Below, in pieces: positions 1 through 8,095 of a stretch of DNA of 57,853 bases. The notes beneath the pieces are model-generated. The model made no database searches. It was not told where the DNA came from and was given only the letters and a program-made list of their open reading frames with translations. The position numbers and the translations under genes were made by a program. Within the stretch, counting starts at the first letter, position 1, and each line of letters opens with the position of its first letter. The DNA is from Acidimicrobiia bacterium (lineage in GTDB: Bacteria > Actinomycetota > Acidimicrobiia > Acidimicrobiales > CADCSY01). The stretch covers positions 1-57,853 of the forward strand of contig JBFWQW010000008.1 in the NCBI GenBank assembly GCA_050249235.1. Reading direction: 5' to 3'.

Positions 1-537
1 CTCGAGCGGGACGAGGTCCGGATCGCCTTCGTGCACCGCGCCGTCGGCGGCATCACCGAGAACGACGTCCAGCTGGCCGCCACCACGGGGGCCACCATCA
101 TCGGCTTCAACGTGCGGCCCGACCGCAAGTCCCGGGAGCTGGCCGACCTCGAGGGCGTCGAGGTGCGCACCTACGAGATCATCTACCAGGTCCTCGAGGA
201 CATCGAGAACGCCATGGTCGGCCTCCTCGCCCCCGAGTACGAGGAGATCGTCACCGGCGACGCCGAGGTCCGCGAGATCTTCACGGTGCCCCGGGTCGGC
301 CGGATCGCCGGGTGCTACGTCCTCAACGGCGTCATCACCCGGGGCTCCAAGGTCCGGTTCCTGCGGGAGGGCACCATCATCTGGAAGGGCGCCATCTCCT
401 CGCTGCGGCGGTTCAAGGACGACGTCCGCGAGGTCCGCGAGAGCTTCGAGTGCGGCATCGGCCTCACCGACTTCCAGGACCTCAAGCCCGGCGACGTCAT
501 CGAGACCTACGAGGACCGGGAGATCCCCCGCACGTAG
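1..537 (+). CDS. infB: Translation initiation factor IF-2, C-terminal part (5' truncated by window)
   Basis: Frame open from base 1; VGGITENDV..IIGFNVRP, IIYQ, GRIAGCYV, LRRFKDDVREV..FECGI motifs; followed by rbfA-truB. Confidence 0.97.
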   Translation, partial: LERDEVRIAFVHRAVGGITENDVQLAATTGATIIGFNVRPDRKSRELADLEGVEVRTYEIIYQVLEDIENAMVGLLAPEYEEIVTGDAEVREIFTVPRVGRIAGCYVLNGVITRGSKVRFLREGTIIWKGAISSLRRFKDDVREVRESFECGIGLTDFQDLKPGDVIETYEDREIPRT

Positions 538-604
538 GGTCCCCTGGCCCCGGGGTCGCCGGGCGGGTGGTGGACGGGCCGGTCACGTGGGCGAGACTGG
601 CGGC

Positions 605-1051
605 GTGGTCAGACATCGCCAGGAACGGGACCCGAACCGGTACCCCCGCACGGCCCGGCTCAACGAGCTGTGCCGCGAGATCCTGGCCGACGAGCTCGAA
701 CGCATGGACGACGAGCGCCTCGAGCTGGTGACGATCACCCACGTGCGGGTCGATCCCGACCTGCGCCGGGCCGCGGTCGACTTCTCCTCGCTCGGCGAGG
801 GGGAGGACGAGGCGGCCGAGGCCCTGGCCGAGCACCGGCCTCGGCTCCAGGCCGCCATCGCCCGCCAGGCCCGCCTCAAGCGCACCCCCGAGCTGCGCTT
901 CCAGGTCGACACCGTGATCGGCTACGCCAGCCGCATCGAGGAGCTCCTACGCGACGAGCGCGAGCAGCTGCGGGCCGCCCGCAGCGCCGACCCGGGGAAC
1001 GCCCACGCGCCCGAGCCGGAGGACGCGCCGGAGGCCGGGCAGGATGGCTGA
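605..1051 (+). CDS. rbfA: Ribosome-binding factor A
   Basis: RTARLNELCREILA, VTITHVRVDPDL, LKRTPELRF; synteny; start GTG 605 inferred (ORF track begins 587). Confidence 0.93.
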   Translation: MVRHRQERDPNRYPRTARLNELCREILADELERMDDERLELVTITHVRVDPDLRRAAVDFSSLGEGEDEAAEALAEHRPRLQAAIARQARLKRTPELRFQVDTVIGYASRIEELLRDEREQLRAARSADPGNAHAPEPEDAPEAGQDG

Positions 1052-1055
1052 CACC

Positions 1056-1133
1056 CCCGCCCCCATCCCGAACTCGGTGCGTTTCTCGCCGCCTAGCGGC
1101 GACCTCCGCACCGAGTTCGCCTCCGGGGGCGGG
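1056..1133. repeat. Long nested palindrome (REP-like element or terminator)
   Basis: CGAACTCGGTGCG 1069-1081 pairs with CGCACCGAGTTCG 1107-1119; inner TCGCCGC-CTA-GCGGCGA; outer CCCGCCCCC/GGGGGCGGG. Confidence 0.8.
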
Positions 1134-1143
1134 TCGGTCGCCG

Positions 1144-2010
1144 GTGGCTGAGGGGCCCGACGGGTTCGCGGTCGTCGACAAGGCGGCCGGGTGGACGTCG
1201 CACGACGTGGTCGCCAAGGCGCGGGGGATCCTCGGCACGAAGCGGGTGGGCCACGCCGGCACGCTCGACCCGGGCGCCACCGGGGTGCTGCTGCTGGGCG
1301 TGGGCCGGGCCACCCGCCTGCTGCGCTTCGTCGGTGACCTGCCCAAGCGCTACGTCGGCGAGGTCGTGCTCGGCACCGAGACCACCACGCTCGACGACGA
1401 GGGCGAGGTGACCGCCATCCACGACATGACGGCCGTGACCCTCGAGGCCGTGCGGGCGGCGGCCGTCCGCTTCGTCGGTGACATCGAGCAGGTGCCGCCG
1501 ATGGTGTCGGCCCTGAAGGTGGGCGGCCGGCGGCTCCACGAGCTGGCCCGGGCCGGCATCGAGGTCGAGCGCCGCCCCCGGCCGGTCACCGTCCACTCGC
1601 TCGAGGTCACCGGCCCGGTCGACGATCCCGGTGCCCCCGTCTTCCGCATCGAGGTCGAGTGCTCGAGCGGCACCTACGTGCGGACGCTGGCCGCCGACCT
1701 CGGCAGCGCCCTCGGTGGCGGCGCCCACCTCCGCCGACTCCGCCGAACCGCCATCGGCCCCCACACGCTGGCCGGGGCCCGGCCCCTCGACGACCTGGTC
1801 CTGCTGCCGATGGCCGCCGCCGTGGGCCATCTGGCCCGGGTGGCCGTCGACCGGGACGGCGCCGAGCTCGTCGCCACCGGCCGGCTCCCACCCCTGGACC
1901 TCGAGGGCGACGGCCCCTGGTCGGTCATGGGCCCCGACGGCGAGCTGCTGGCCGTCGCCGAACGGGTGGGCGACCGAGTGAAGCCCGGCATCGTGCTCGC
2001 GGCCCGTTAG
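1144..2010 (+). CDS. truB: tRNA pseudouridine(55) synthase
   Basis: VDKAAGWTSHDVV, VGHAGTLDPGATGVL, PPMVSALKVGG, CSSGTYVRTLA; start GTG 1144 inferred. Confidence 0.95.
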   Translation: MAEGPDGFAVVDKAAGWTSHDVVAKARGILGTKRVGHAGTLDPGATGVLLLGVGRATRLLRFVGDLPKRYVGEVVLGTETTTLDDEGEVTAIHDMTAVTLEAVRAAAVRFVGDIEQVPPMVSALKVGGRRLHELARAGIEVERRPRPVTVHSLEVTGPVDDPGAPVFRIEVECSSGTYVRTLAADLGSALGGGAHLRRLRRTAIGPHTLAGARPLDDLVLLPMAAAVGHLARVAVDRDGAELVATGRLPPLDLEGDGPWSVMGPDGELLAVAERVGDRVKPGIVLAAR

Positions 2011-2020
2011 CTTCCCGACC

Positions 2021-2977
2021 GTGGAGGTGCTGCGGGACCCGTTGCTGTGCCGGCCGCCGGTCGGGGGCAGCGCCGTCACCATCGGCTTCTTCGACGGGGT
2101 GCACCTCGGCCACCAGGTCGTCATCGGCGAGGTGCGCCGGCTGGCCGCCGAGCTGGGCGCCGCCAGCGCGGTCGTCACCTTCGACCCCCACCCTGCGGTG
2201 GTGGTGCGGCCGGCGTCGGCGCCGCCGCTGCTCACCGGCCTCGACCAACGCCTCGAGCTGCTGGCCGCCACCGGCGTCGACCGCACGCTCGTCGTGCCCT
2301 TCGACGAGGCCCGCTCGAAGGAGTCGGCCGAGGAGTTCGTGGAGGACGTGCTGGTCGGGTGCCTCGGCGTCCGGGCCGTGGTCGTCGGCGAGGACTTCCA
2401 CTTCGGCCACCAGCGGCGGGGCGACGTCGCCCTGCTGCGCCGGATGGGGGAGCGGCACGGCTTCGAGGTGGACGGCATCGAGCTGCACGCCTCCGCCGCC
2501 TCCGCGGCCCGCACGGTGTCGTCCACGGCGATCCGGGCCGCCCTGGCCGACGGCGACGTGGTGGCCGCGGCCCGGATGCTGGGCCGGCCCTACGAGGTGC
2601 GGGGCACGGTCGAACGGGGCGACCGCCGGGGGCGGGAGCTGGGCTTCCCGACCGCCAACCTGGCCGTGCCCGACGACCGGGCGCGGCCCGCCGAGGGCGT
2701 CTACGCGGCCCGCTACGTCCGCCCCGACGGCTCCACCCACCCCGCCGCCGTGTCCCTGGGGCGCCGGCCCCAGTTCTACGAGGACGGCGGCCTGCTCCTG
2801 CTCGAGGCCCACCTGCTCGACGGCCCGGCCGAGGTCGACGACCTCGACCTGTACGGCGAGCTCGGGGCGGTGCAGTTCGTCGAGCGGATCCGGGGCCAGG
2901 CCCGCTTCGAGACCGTCGACGCCCTCGTCGCCCGGATGGCCCTCGACGTGGCCGAGGCCGCCCGCCTCCTCGCCTGA
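2021..2977 (+). CDS. ribF: Bifunctional riboflavin kinase/FAD synthetase
   Basis: IGFFDGVHLGH, VGEDFHFG, VSSTAIR, GRELGFPTAN, LEAHLLD. Confidence 0.96.
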   Translation: MEVLRDPLLCRPPVGGSAVTIGFFDGVHLGHQVVIGEVRRLAAELGAASAVVTFDPHPAVVVRPASAPPLLTGLDQRLELLAATGVDRTLVVPFDEARSKESAEEFVEDVLVGCLGVRAVVVGEDFHFGHQRRGDVALLRRMGERHGFEVDGIELHASAASAARTVSSTAIRAALADGDVVAAARMLGRPYEVRGTVERGDRRGRELGFPTANLAVPDDRARPAEGVYAARYVRPDGSTHPAAVSLGRRPQFYEDGGLLLLEAHLLDGPAEVDDLDLYGELGAVQFVERIRGQARFETVDALVARMALDVAEAARLLA

Positions 2978-2981
2978 CCCG

Positions 2982-3034
2982 GGACAGATTCGTCCAAGGT
3001 TCAAGGATCCACGCCTGCGTAGGAACCGTGAACC
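2982..3034. terminator. Intergenic hairpins after ribF
   Basis: GGAC-AGATTC-GTCC (2982-2995) and imperfect GGTTCA..ACGC-CT-GCGT..TGAACC (2998-3034). Confidence 0.45.
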
Positions 3035-3122
3035 CAGGGCGGGTGGGGGGATGTGGCACCCGGGGGCGGTCGACCGGTAACCTCGACCGACTCACACGGC
3101 AGCACCCATGGGAAGGTCCCAC

Positions 3123-3380
3123 TTGCCTGAAAACACCGCCACGATCGAGGCGCACCGCCTCCACGAGACCGACACCGGCTCTCCCGAGGTGCAGATCGCT
3201 CTCCTGACGGGCCGCATCAACGAGCTGAACGAGCACCTCAAGGCCCACCCGAAGGACCACCACAGCCGTCGGGGCCTCCTCAAGCTCGTCGGTCGCCGGC
3301 GTCGTCTGCAGACCTATCTGCGGAACAACGACATCGAGCGCTACCGCGCCATCAACGCCAAGCTCGGCCTTCGCCGCTAG
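3123..3380 (+). CDS. rpsO: 30S ribosomal protein S15
   Basis: [28 protein letters not shown]; TTG start after GGAAGG RBS (3111-3116); -10 TAACCT 3078-3083. Confidence 0.96.
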   Translation: MPENTATIEAHRLHETDTGSPEVQIALLTGRINELNEHLKAHPKDHHSRRGLLKLVGRRRRLQTYLRNNDIERYRAINAKLGLRR

Positions 3381-3390
3381 GCGTCCCACC

Positions 3391-3499
3391 GCGGCGCGGC
3401 TGGTCAGCTGCCAGTCGCCCGCCCCCCGGTGCCGCGTCCCGCTCGTCGGGGCGGGATCGGCCGGGTGACGGACGACTGACAACTGGTCGCCGGCGCCGC
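3391..3499 (+). ncRNA. pnp 5'-leader stem-loop (Actino-pnp-like, probable RNase III site)
   Basis: GCGGCGC 3391-3397 pairs GCGCCGC 3493-3499; GGTCAGCTGCCAGTCG pairs imperfectly with CGACTGACAACTGGTC; lies between rpsO and pnp. Confidence 0.7.
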
Positions 3500-3520
3500 T
3501 CTTACAGAAAGCGAGGGAGC

Positions 3521-5968
3521 ATGGCTGGTGCCATCTCCGTTTCCAGCCCGATCTCGGGCACCGAGAAGATCCTGTCGTTCGAGACGGGGAAGTTGGCCCC
3601 GCAGTCGCAGGGCTCCGTGGTCGCCGGGATCGGCGAGACCAGGGTGCTCGTCACGGCCAACGCCGAGAAGACCACCCGGGAGGGGATCGACTTCTTCCCC
3701 CTCACCGTCGACGTCGAGGAGAAGGCCTACGCCGCCGGCAAGATCCCCGGCTCCTTCTTCCGCCGTGAAGGTCGGCCCCCGGACACGGCCATCCTGACCT
3801 GCCGCCTCATCGACCGGCCCCTGCGGCCGAGCTTCGCCGACGGCTACCGCAACGAGACCCAGGTCGTCTGCACCGTCATCGGCGCCGACCAGGTGAACCC
3901 GTACGACGTGGCCGCCATCAACGGCGCGTCGGCGGCGCTCATGCTGTCGGGCATCCCCTTCGAGGGGCCCCTCGGCGCGGTGCGCCTGGCCTACTCCCAG
4001 GACGGCACCTGGATCCCGTATCCCACCTTCGAGGAGGGTGGCGAGGCCACCTTCGAGATCGTGGTGGCCGGCCGCAAGACCGACGACGGCGAGATCGCCA
4101 TCATGATGGTCGAGGCCGGCGGCACCGAGCGGGCCTTCGAGTTCTACGACGCCGGCGCCCCCAAGGTGTCGGAGTCGACCGTGGCCGAGGGCCTCGAAGC
4201 GGCCAAGACCTGGATCCGCGAGTCGATCGACCTCCAGGCCGAGCTGGTGGCCCTGGCCGGCCGCAAGGACCCGCTGCCCTTCGAGTCGGCCACCGACTAC
4301 GGGTCGGACGTCGCCGAGGCGGTGGCCGAGGTGGGCCGCGACCTCCTGTCCGAGGCCAACCGCATCGCCGACAAGACCGAGCGCAACGCCGCCAACGACA
4401 ACGCCAAGGCGGCCATCCTGGCCGCCCTCGGCGACCGGTTCGCCGGTCGCGAGAAGGAGGTCTCCAACGCCATCCGCTCGCTCACGAAGAAGGTCATCCG
4501 TGACCGGGTCGTGAGCGAGGGGATCCGCATGGACGGCCGTGGCGTGCGCGACCTCCGGCCTGTGTCGGCCGAGGTCGGCGTGATCCCGACCGCCCACGGC
4601 TCCGGCCTGTTCCAGCGGGGCGAGACCCAGGTGCTCAACGTCACCACGCTCGGCATGCCCCGGATGGACCAGCTGCTCGACACGCTGAGCCCCGAGGACC
4701 ACAAGCGCTACATGCACCACTACAACATGCCGCCCTACGCCAACGGCGAGACGGGCCGCATGGGAGGCACCAAGCGCCGCGAGCTCGGCCACGGTGCGCT
4801 CGCCGAGCGGGCCCTGCTGCCGGTGGTCCCCTCGAAGGAGGACTTCCCCTACGCCCTGCGGCTCGTGTCCGAGGTGCTCTCGTCGAACGGCTCCACGTCG
4901 ATGGGCTCGGTGTGCTCGAGCTCGCTGTCGCTGATGGACGCCGGAGTCCCGATCCGGGGCCACGTGTCCGGCATCGCCATGGGCCTGATCCACGAGGGCG
5001 ACGCCTACATCGCCCTCACCGACATCCTCGGCTCCGAGGACGCCTTCGGTGACATGGACTTCAAGGTGGCCGGCACGGTCGACGCCATCACCGCCCTGCA
5101 GCTCGACACCAAGCTCGACGGCCTCCCCGCCGAGGTCCTGTCGGCCGCCCTGCAGCAGGCCCGCGAGGCCCGGCTCCAGATCCTCGACGTCATGTCGGCG
5201 GCCATCGCCGAGCCCCGCGAGGACGTCGGCGCCACCGCCCCCAAGATCGTGAGCTTCGAGATCCCGATCGACAAGATCGGCGAGGTGATCGGCCCCAAGG
5301 GCAAGGTGATCAACGCCATCCAGCAGGAGACCGGCGCCGACGTCAACGTCGACGACGACGGCATGGTCGGCACCGTCACCATCGGGTCGAAGGACGGCGC
5401 CGCCGTCGCCGAGGCCCGCCGCCGGATCGAGCTGATCCTCGACCCGCCCGCCGCCGTGGTCGGCCAGACCTACAGCGGCCGGGTGGTGAACGTCACCAAG
5501 TTCGGCGCCTTCGTCAACATCCTCCCGGGCCGCGACGGCCTGGTCCACATCTCCAAGCTCGGTGCCGGCAAGCGCATCGACAAGGTCGAGGACGTCCTCA
5601 ACCTGGGCGACGCCGTCGAGGTGGTGGTCGAGGACATCGACCCCCAGGGCAAGGTGTCGCTGCGCCCGGTGGGCGACGGCTTCGAGGCGCCCGAGGGCTC
5701 GGGCGGCGGCGGCGACGACCGTCCGCCCCGCCGCGAGCGGTCCGACCGGCCCGAGCGCGGCGATCGCGACCGGGCCCCCCGCCGCGACCGCGACGGCGAG
5801 GACGCCCCGGCGTCGTCCGGGACGGCCGTGGCCACCGCATCGTTCGAGGACGCCTTCGACGCCGAGCTCCGTGGCGACCTCGGCGACCTGGGCCCCGCCT
5901 CGGCGGCGGCCGCCGACGACGGCCAGAGCCGGGACCGCAACCGCCGGCCCCGCGGCGGGCGGCGCTAG
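3521..5968 (+). CDS. pnp: Polyribonucleotide nucleotidyltransferase (PNPase)
   Basis: FFPLTVD, GKIPGSFFRREGRP, RGETQ, SSNGSTSMGSVC, DMDFKVAGT, KH (IGPKGK) and S1 domains. Confidence 0.98.
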   Translation: MAGAISVSSPISGTEKILSFETGKLAPQSQGSVVAGIGETRVLVTANAEKTTREGIDFFPLTVDVEEKAYAAGKIPGSFFRREGRPPDTAILTCRLIDRPLRPSFADGYRNETQVVCTVIGADQVNPYDVAAINGASAALMLSGIPFEGPLGAVRLAYSQDGTWIPYPTFEEGGEATFEIVVAGRKTDDGEIAIMMVEAGGTERAFEFYDAGAPKVSESTVAEGLEAAKTWIRESIDLQAELVALAGRKDPLPFESATDYGSDVAEAVAEVGRDLLSEANRIADKTERNAANDNAKAAILAALGDRFAGREKEVSNAIRSLTKKVIRDRVVSEGIRMDGRGVRDLRPVSAEVGVIPTAHGSGLFQRGETQVLNVTTLGMPRMDQLLDTLSPEDHKRYMHHYNMPPYANGETGRMGGTKRRELGHGALAERALLPVVPSKEDFPYALRLVSEVLSSNGSTSMGSVCSSSLSLMDAGVPIRGHVSGIAMGLIHEGDAYIALTDILGSEDAFGDMDFKVAGTVDAITALQLDTKLDGLPAEVLSAALQQAREARLQILDVMSAAIAEPREDVGATAPKIVSFEIPIDKIGEVIGPKGKVINAIQQETGADVNVDDDGMVGTVTIGSKDGAAVAEARRRIELILDPPAAVVGQTYSGRVVNVTKFGAFVNILPGRDGLVHISKLGAGKRIDKVEDVLNLGDAVEVVVEDIDPQGKVSLRPVGDGFEAPEGSGGGGDDRPPRRERSDRPERGDRDRAPRRDRDGEDAPASSGTAVATASFEDAFDAELRGDLGDLGPASAAAADDGQSRDRNRRPRGGRR

Positions 5969-5978
5969 CCCGGCACGG

Positions 5979-7283
5979 GTGACGATCCAGCTCACCACCC
6001 TGGGCCACGGGCTCAGGGTGGTGACGGAGCACCTCCCCGGCGCCCGGTCGGTCACGACCGGGTTCTGGGTGGGCGTCGGGGGCAGGGACGAGTCGGCCGC
6101 CGAGGCCGGTTCGTCCCACTTCCTCGAGCACCTGCTCTTCAAGGGCACCGAGGCCCGTTCGGCGGTGCAGATCGCCGAGGCGGTGGATGCCGTCGGCGGC
6201 GACATGAACGCCTTCACGGCCCAGGAGCACACCGCGTACTACACCCGGCTCCCGGCCGGTGAGCTCGACCTCGGGCTCGACGTCCTCTCGGACGTGGTGT
6301 GGTCGCCGGCCTGCCGGGCCGACGACGTGGAGGCCGAGCGGCGGGTGATTCTCGACGAGCTGGCCATGGAGGAGGACACCCCCGACGACCGGGTGGTGGT
6401 GCTCCTGGGCGAAGGGCTGTTCCCCGAGCACGAGCTCGGCCGGGAGGTCCTGGGGAGCCGGGAGACGATCTCGGCCATGGACCGTGACGCCATCGCCTCG
6501 TTCCACGGCCGCTGGTACCGGCCGGCCAACGTCGTCGTGGCCGTGGCCGGCGCCGTCGACCACGACGCGGTGGTCTCGGGGGTGGCGGCCCGCTTCAGCG
6601 GGGACGCCGGCTCGAGCGGCGGGGCGCCGGTGCGGACGCCGCCGACGGCGCCGGCCCGGCCCTTCGTGTCGCTGACCCGGCCCACCGAGCAGGCCTACCT
6701 CGCCGTCGGCTACCGGGGCCTGGCCCGGGACGACCCCGACCGGTTCGCGCTGGCCGTCGCCAACCAGATCCTCGGCGGCGGGGTGTCGAGCCGGCTGTTC
6801 CAGACGATCCGCGAGGAGCGGGGGCTCGCCTACGGCGTGCAGTCGTACCCGATCACCTACGCCGACGCGGGCGCGCTCGTGATCAGCGCCGGCACCTCGC
6901 CCGAGCACCTCGGGGAGGTGCTCGGGCTCGTCGACGAGGAGGTCGAGCGCTTCGTCGAGCACGGCCCGACCGCCGACGAGCTCCGGGTGGCGACCGGCTA
7001 CCTGGTCGGCTCGACCCTGCTCGGACTCGAGGACTCCGGCGGCTGCATGGCCCGGATCGGCAAGGCGGTGCTGAACCACGGCGGCGTGCTCGACCTCGAC
7101 GACCTGCTCGACCGGTACCGCGCCGTCGGTGCCGCCGACGTGGCCCGGGTGGCGTCGAGGGTCCTCGACGACCGGGAGCGGACGGTCGCGGTGGTCGGCA
7201 GGGGCCGGGCCGTGTCGCGACTGCGGGGCGCGACCGGTTCCGGCGGAACGCGGGCGCGAACGCGGCAAAGATCGGGTGTATGA
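5979..7283 (+). CDS. M16 family zinc peptidase
   Basis: HFLEH inverted zinc motif, NAFT, SSRLFQTIREERGLAY; conserved position between pnp and dapB. Confidence 0.93.
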   Translation: MTIQLTTLGHGLRVVTEHLPGARSVTTGFWVGVGGRDESAAEAGSSHFLEHLLFKGTEARSAVQIAEAVDAVGGDMNAFTAQEHTAYYTRLPAGELDLGLDVLSDVVWSPACRADDVEAERRVILDELAMEEDTPDDRVVVLLGEGLFPEHELGREVLGSRETISAMDRDAIASFHGRWYRPANVVVAVAGAVDHDAVVSGVAARFSGDAGSSGGAPVRTPPTAPARPFVSLTRPTEQAYLAVGYRGLARDDPDRFALAVANQILGGGVSSRLFQTIREERGLAYGVQSYPITYADAGALVISAGTSPEHLGEVLGLVDEEVERFVEHGPTADELRVATGYLVGSTLLGLEDSGGCMARIGKAVLNHGGVLDLDDLLDRYRAVGAADVARVASRVLDDRERTVAVVGRGRAVSRLRGATGSGGTRARTRQRSGV

Positions 7284-8086
7284 GCGAGCCGGCCGAGACA
7301 CGAGTCGGGGTGTTCGGCGCCACCGGCCGCATGGGTCGCACCGTCTGCGAGGCGGTCGCGGCCGCCGACGGCATGGTGCTGGCCGCGGCCGCCGATCCGC
7401 ACCACGAGGGCCACGACCTGCGCTCGGCGGTGGGCGTCGCGTCCGACATCGTGATCACCGGCGGGAGGCTGGGACTGCGGCCCGGCGACGTCGACGTGAT
7501 GGTCGACTTCACCGAGGCGGCCGCGGCGCGGGAGAACCTCCTGTGGTGCGCGGAGAACGGCGTGCACGCGGTCATCGGCACGTCGGGGCTCGGCGCCGAC
7601 GACGTGGAGGCGGCCCGGGCCGCGTTCACCCGGAGCAACTGCATCATCGTCCCGAACTTCGCCATCGGGGCGGTGCTGATGGTCCGCCTGGCCGAGCTGG
7701 CCGCACCCTGGTTCGACTCCGTCGAGGTGATCGAGCTCCACCACGACGAGAAGGTCGACGCCCCGTCGGGCACGGCGCTGCACACGCTCGAGCGGCTGGC
7801 CGGGGCCTCGCCGCAGTGGACGCCCGACCCGACCACCCGTCAGGTCGTGGAGGGGGCCCGGGGAGCCAGGGGGCCGGGCGGCATCGCCGTGCACTCGATC
7901 CGGCTCCGGGGGCTCTTCGCCCACCAGGAGGTCCTCTTCGGCACCACCGGTCAGACGCTGAGCATCCGCCACGACGCCTTCGACCGCTCGTCGATGATGC
8001 CCGGGGTGCTGCTCGCCATCCGCCACATCGGCGACCGGCCCGGCCTCACCGTGGGCCTCGAGTCGATCCTCGGCCTGTCGGGGTAG
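7280..8086 (+). CDS. dapB: 4-hydroxy-tetrahydrodipicolinate reductase
   Basis: GATGRMG, VDFT, ELHHDEKVDAPSGTA, HSIRL. Confidence 0.96.
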   Translation: MSEPAETRVGVFGATGRMGRTVCEAVAAADGMVLAAAADPHHEGHDLRSAVGVASDIVITGGRLGLRPGDVDVMVDFTEAAAARENLLWCAENGVHAVIGTSGLGADDVEAARAAFTRSNCIIVPNFAIGAVLMVRLAELAAPWFDSVEVIELHHDEKVDAPSGTALHTLERLAGASPQWTPDPTTRQVVEGARGARGPGGIAVHSIRLRGLFAHQEVLFGTTGQTLSIRHDAFDRSSMMPGVLLAIRHIGDRPGLTVGLESILGLSG

Positions 8087-8095
8087 ACGAGGCCG

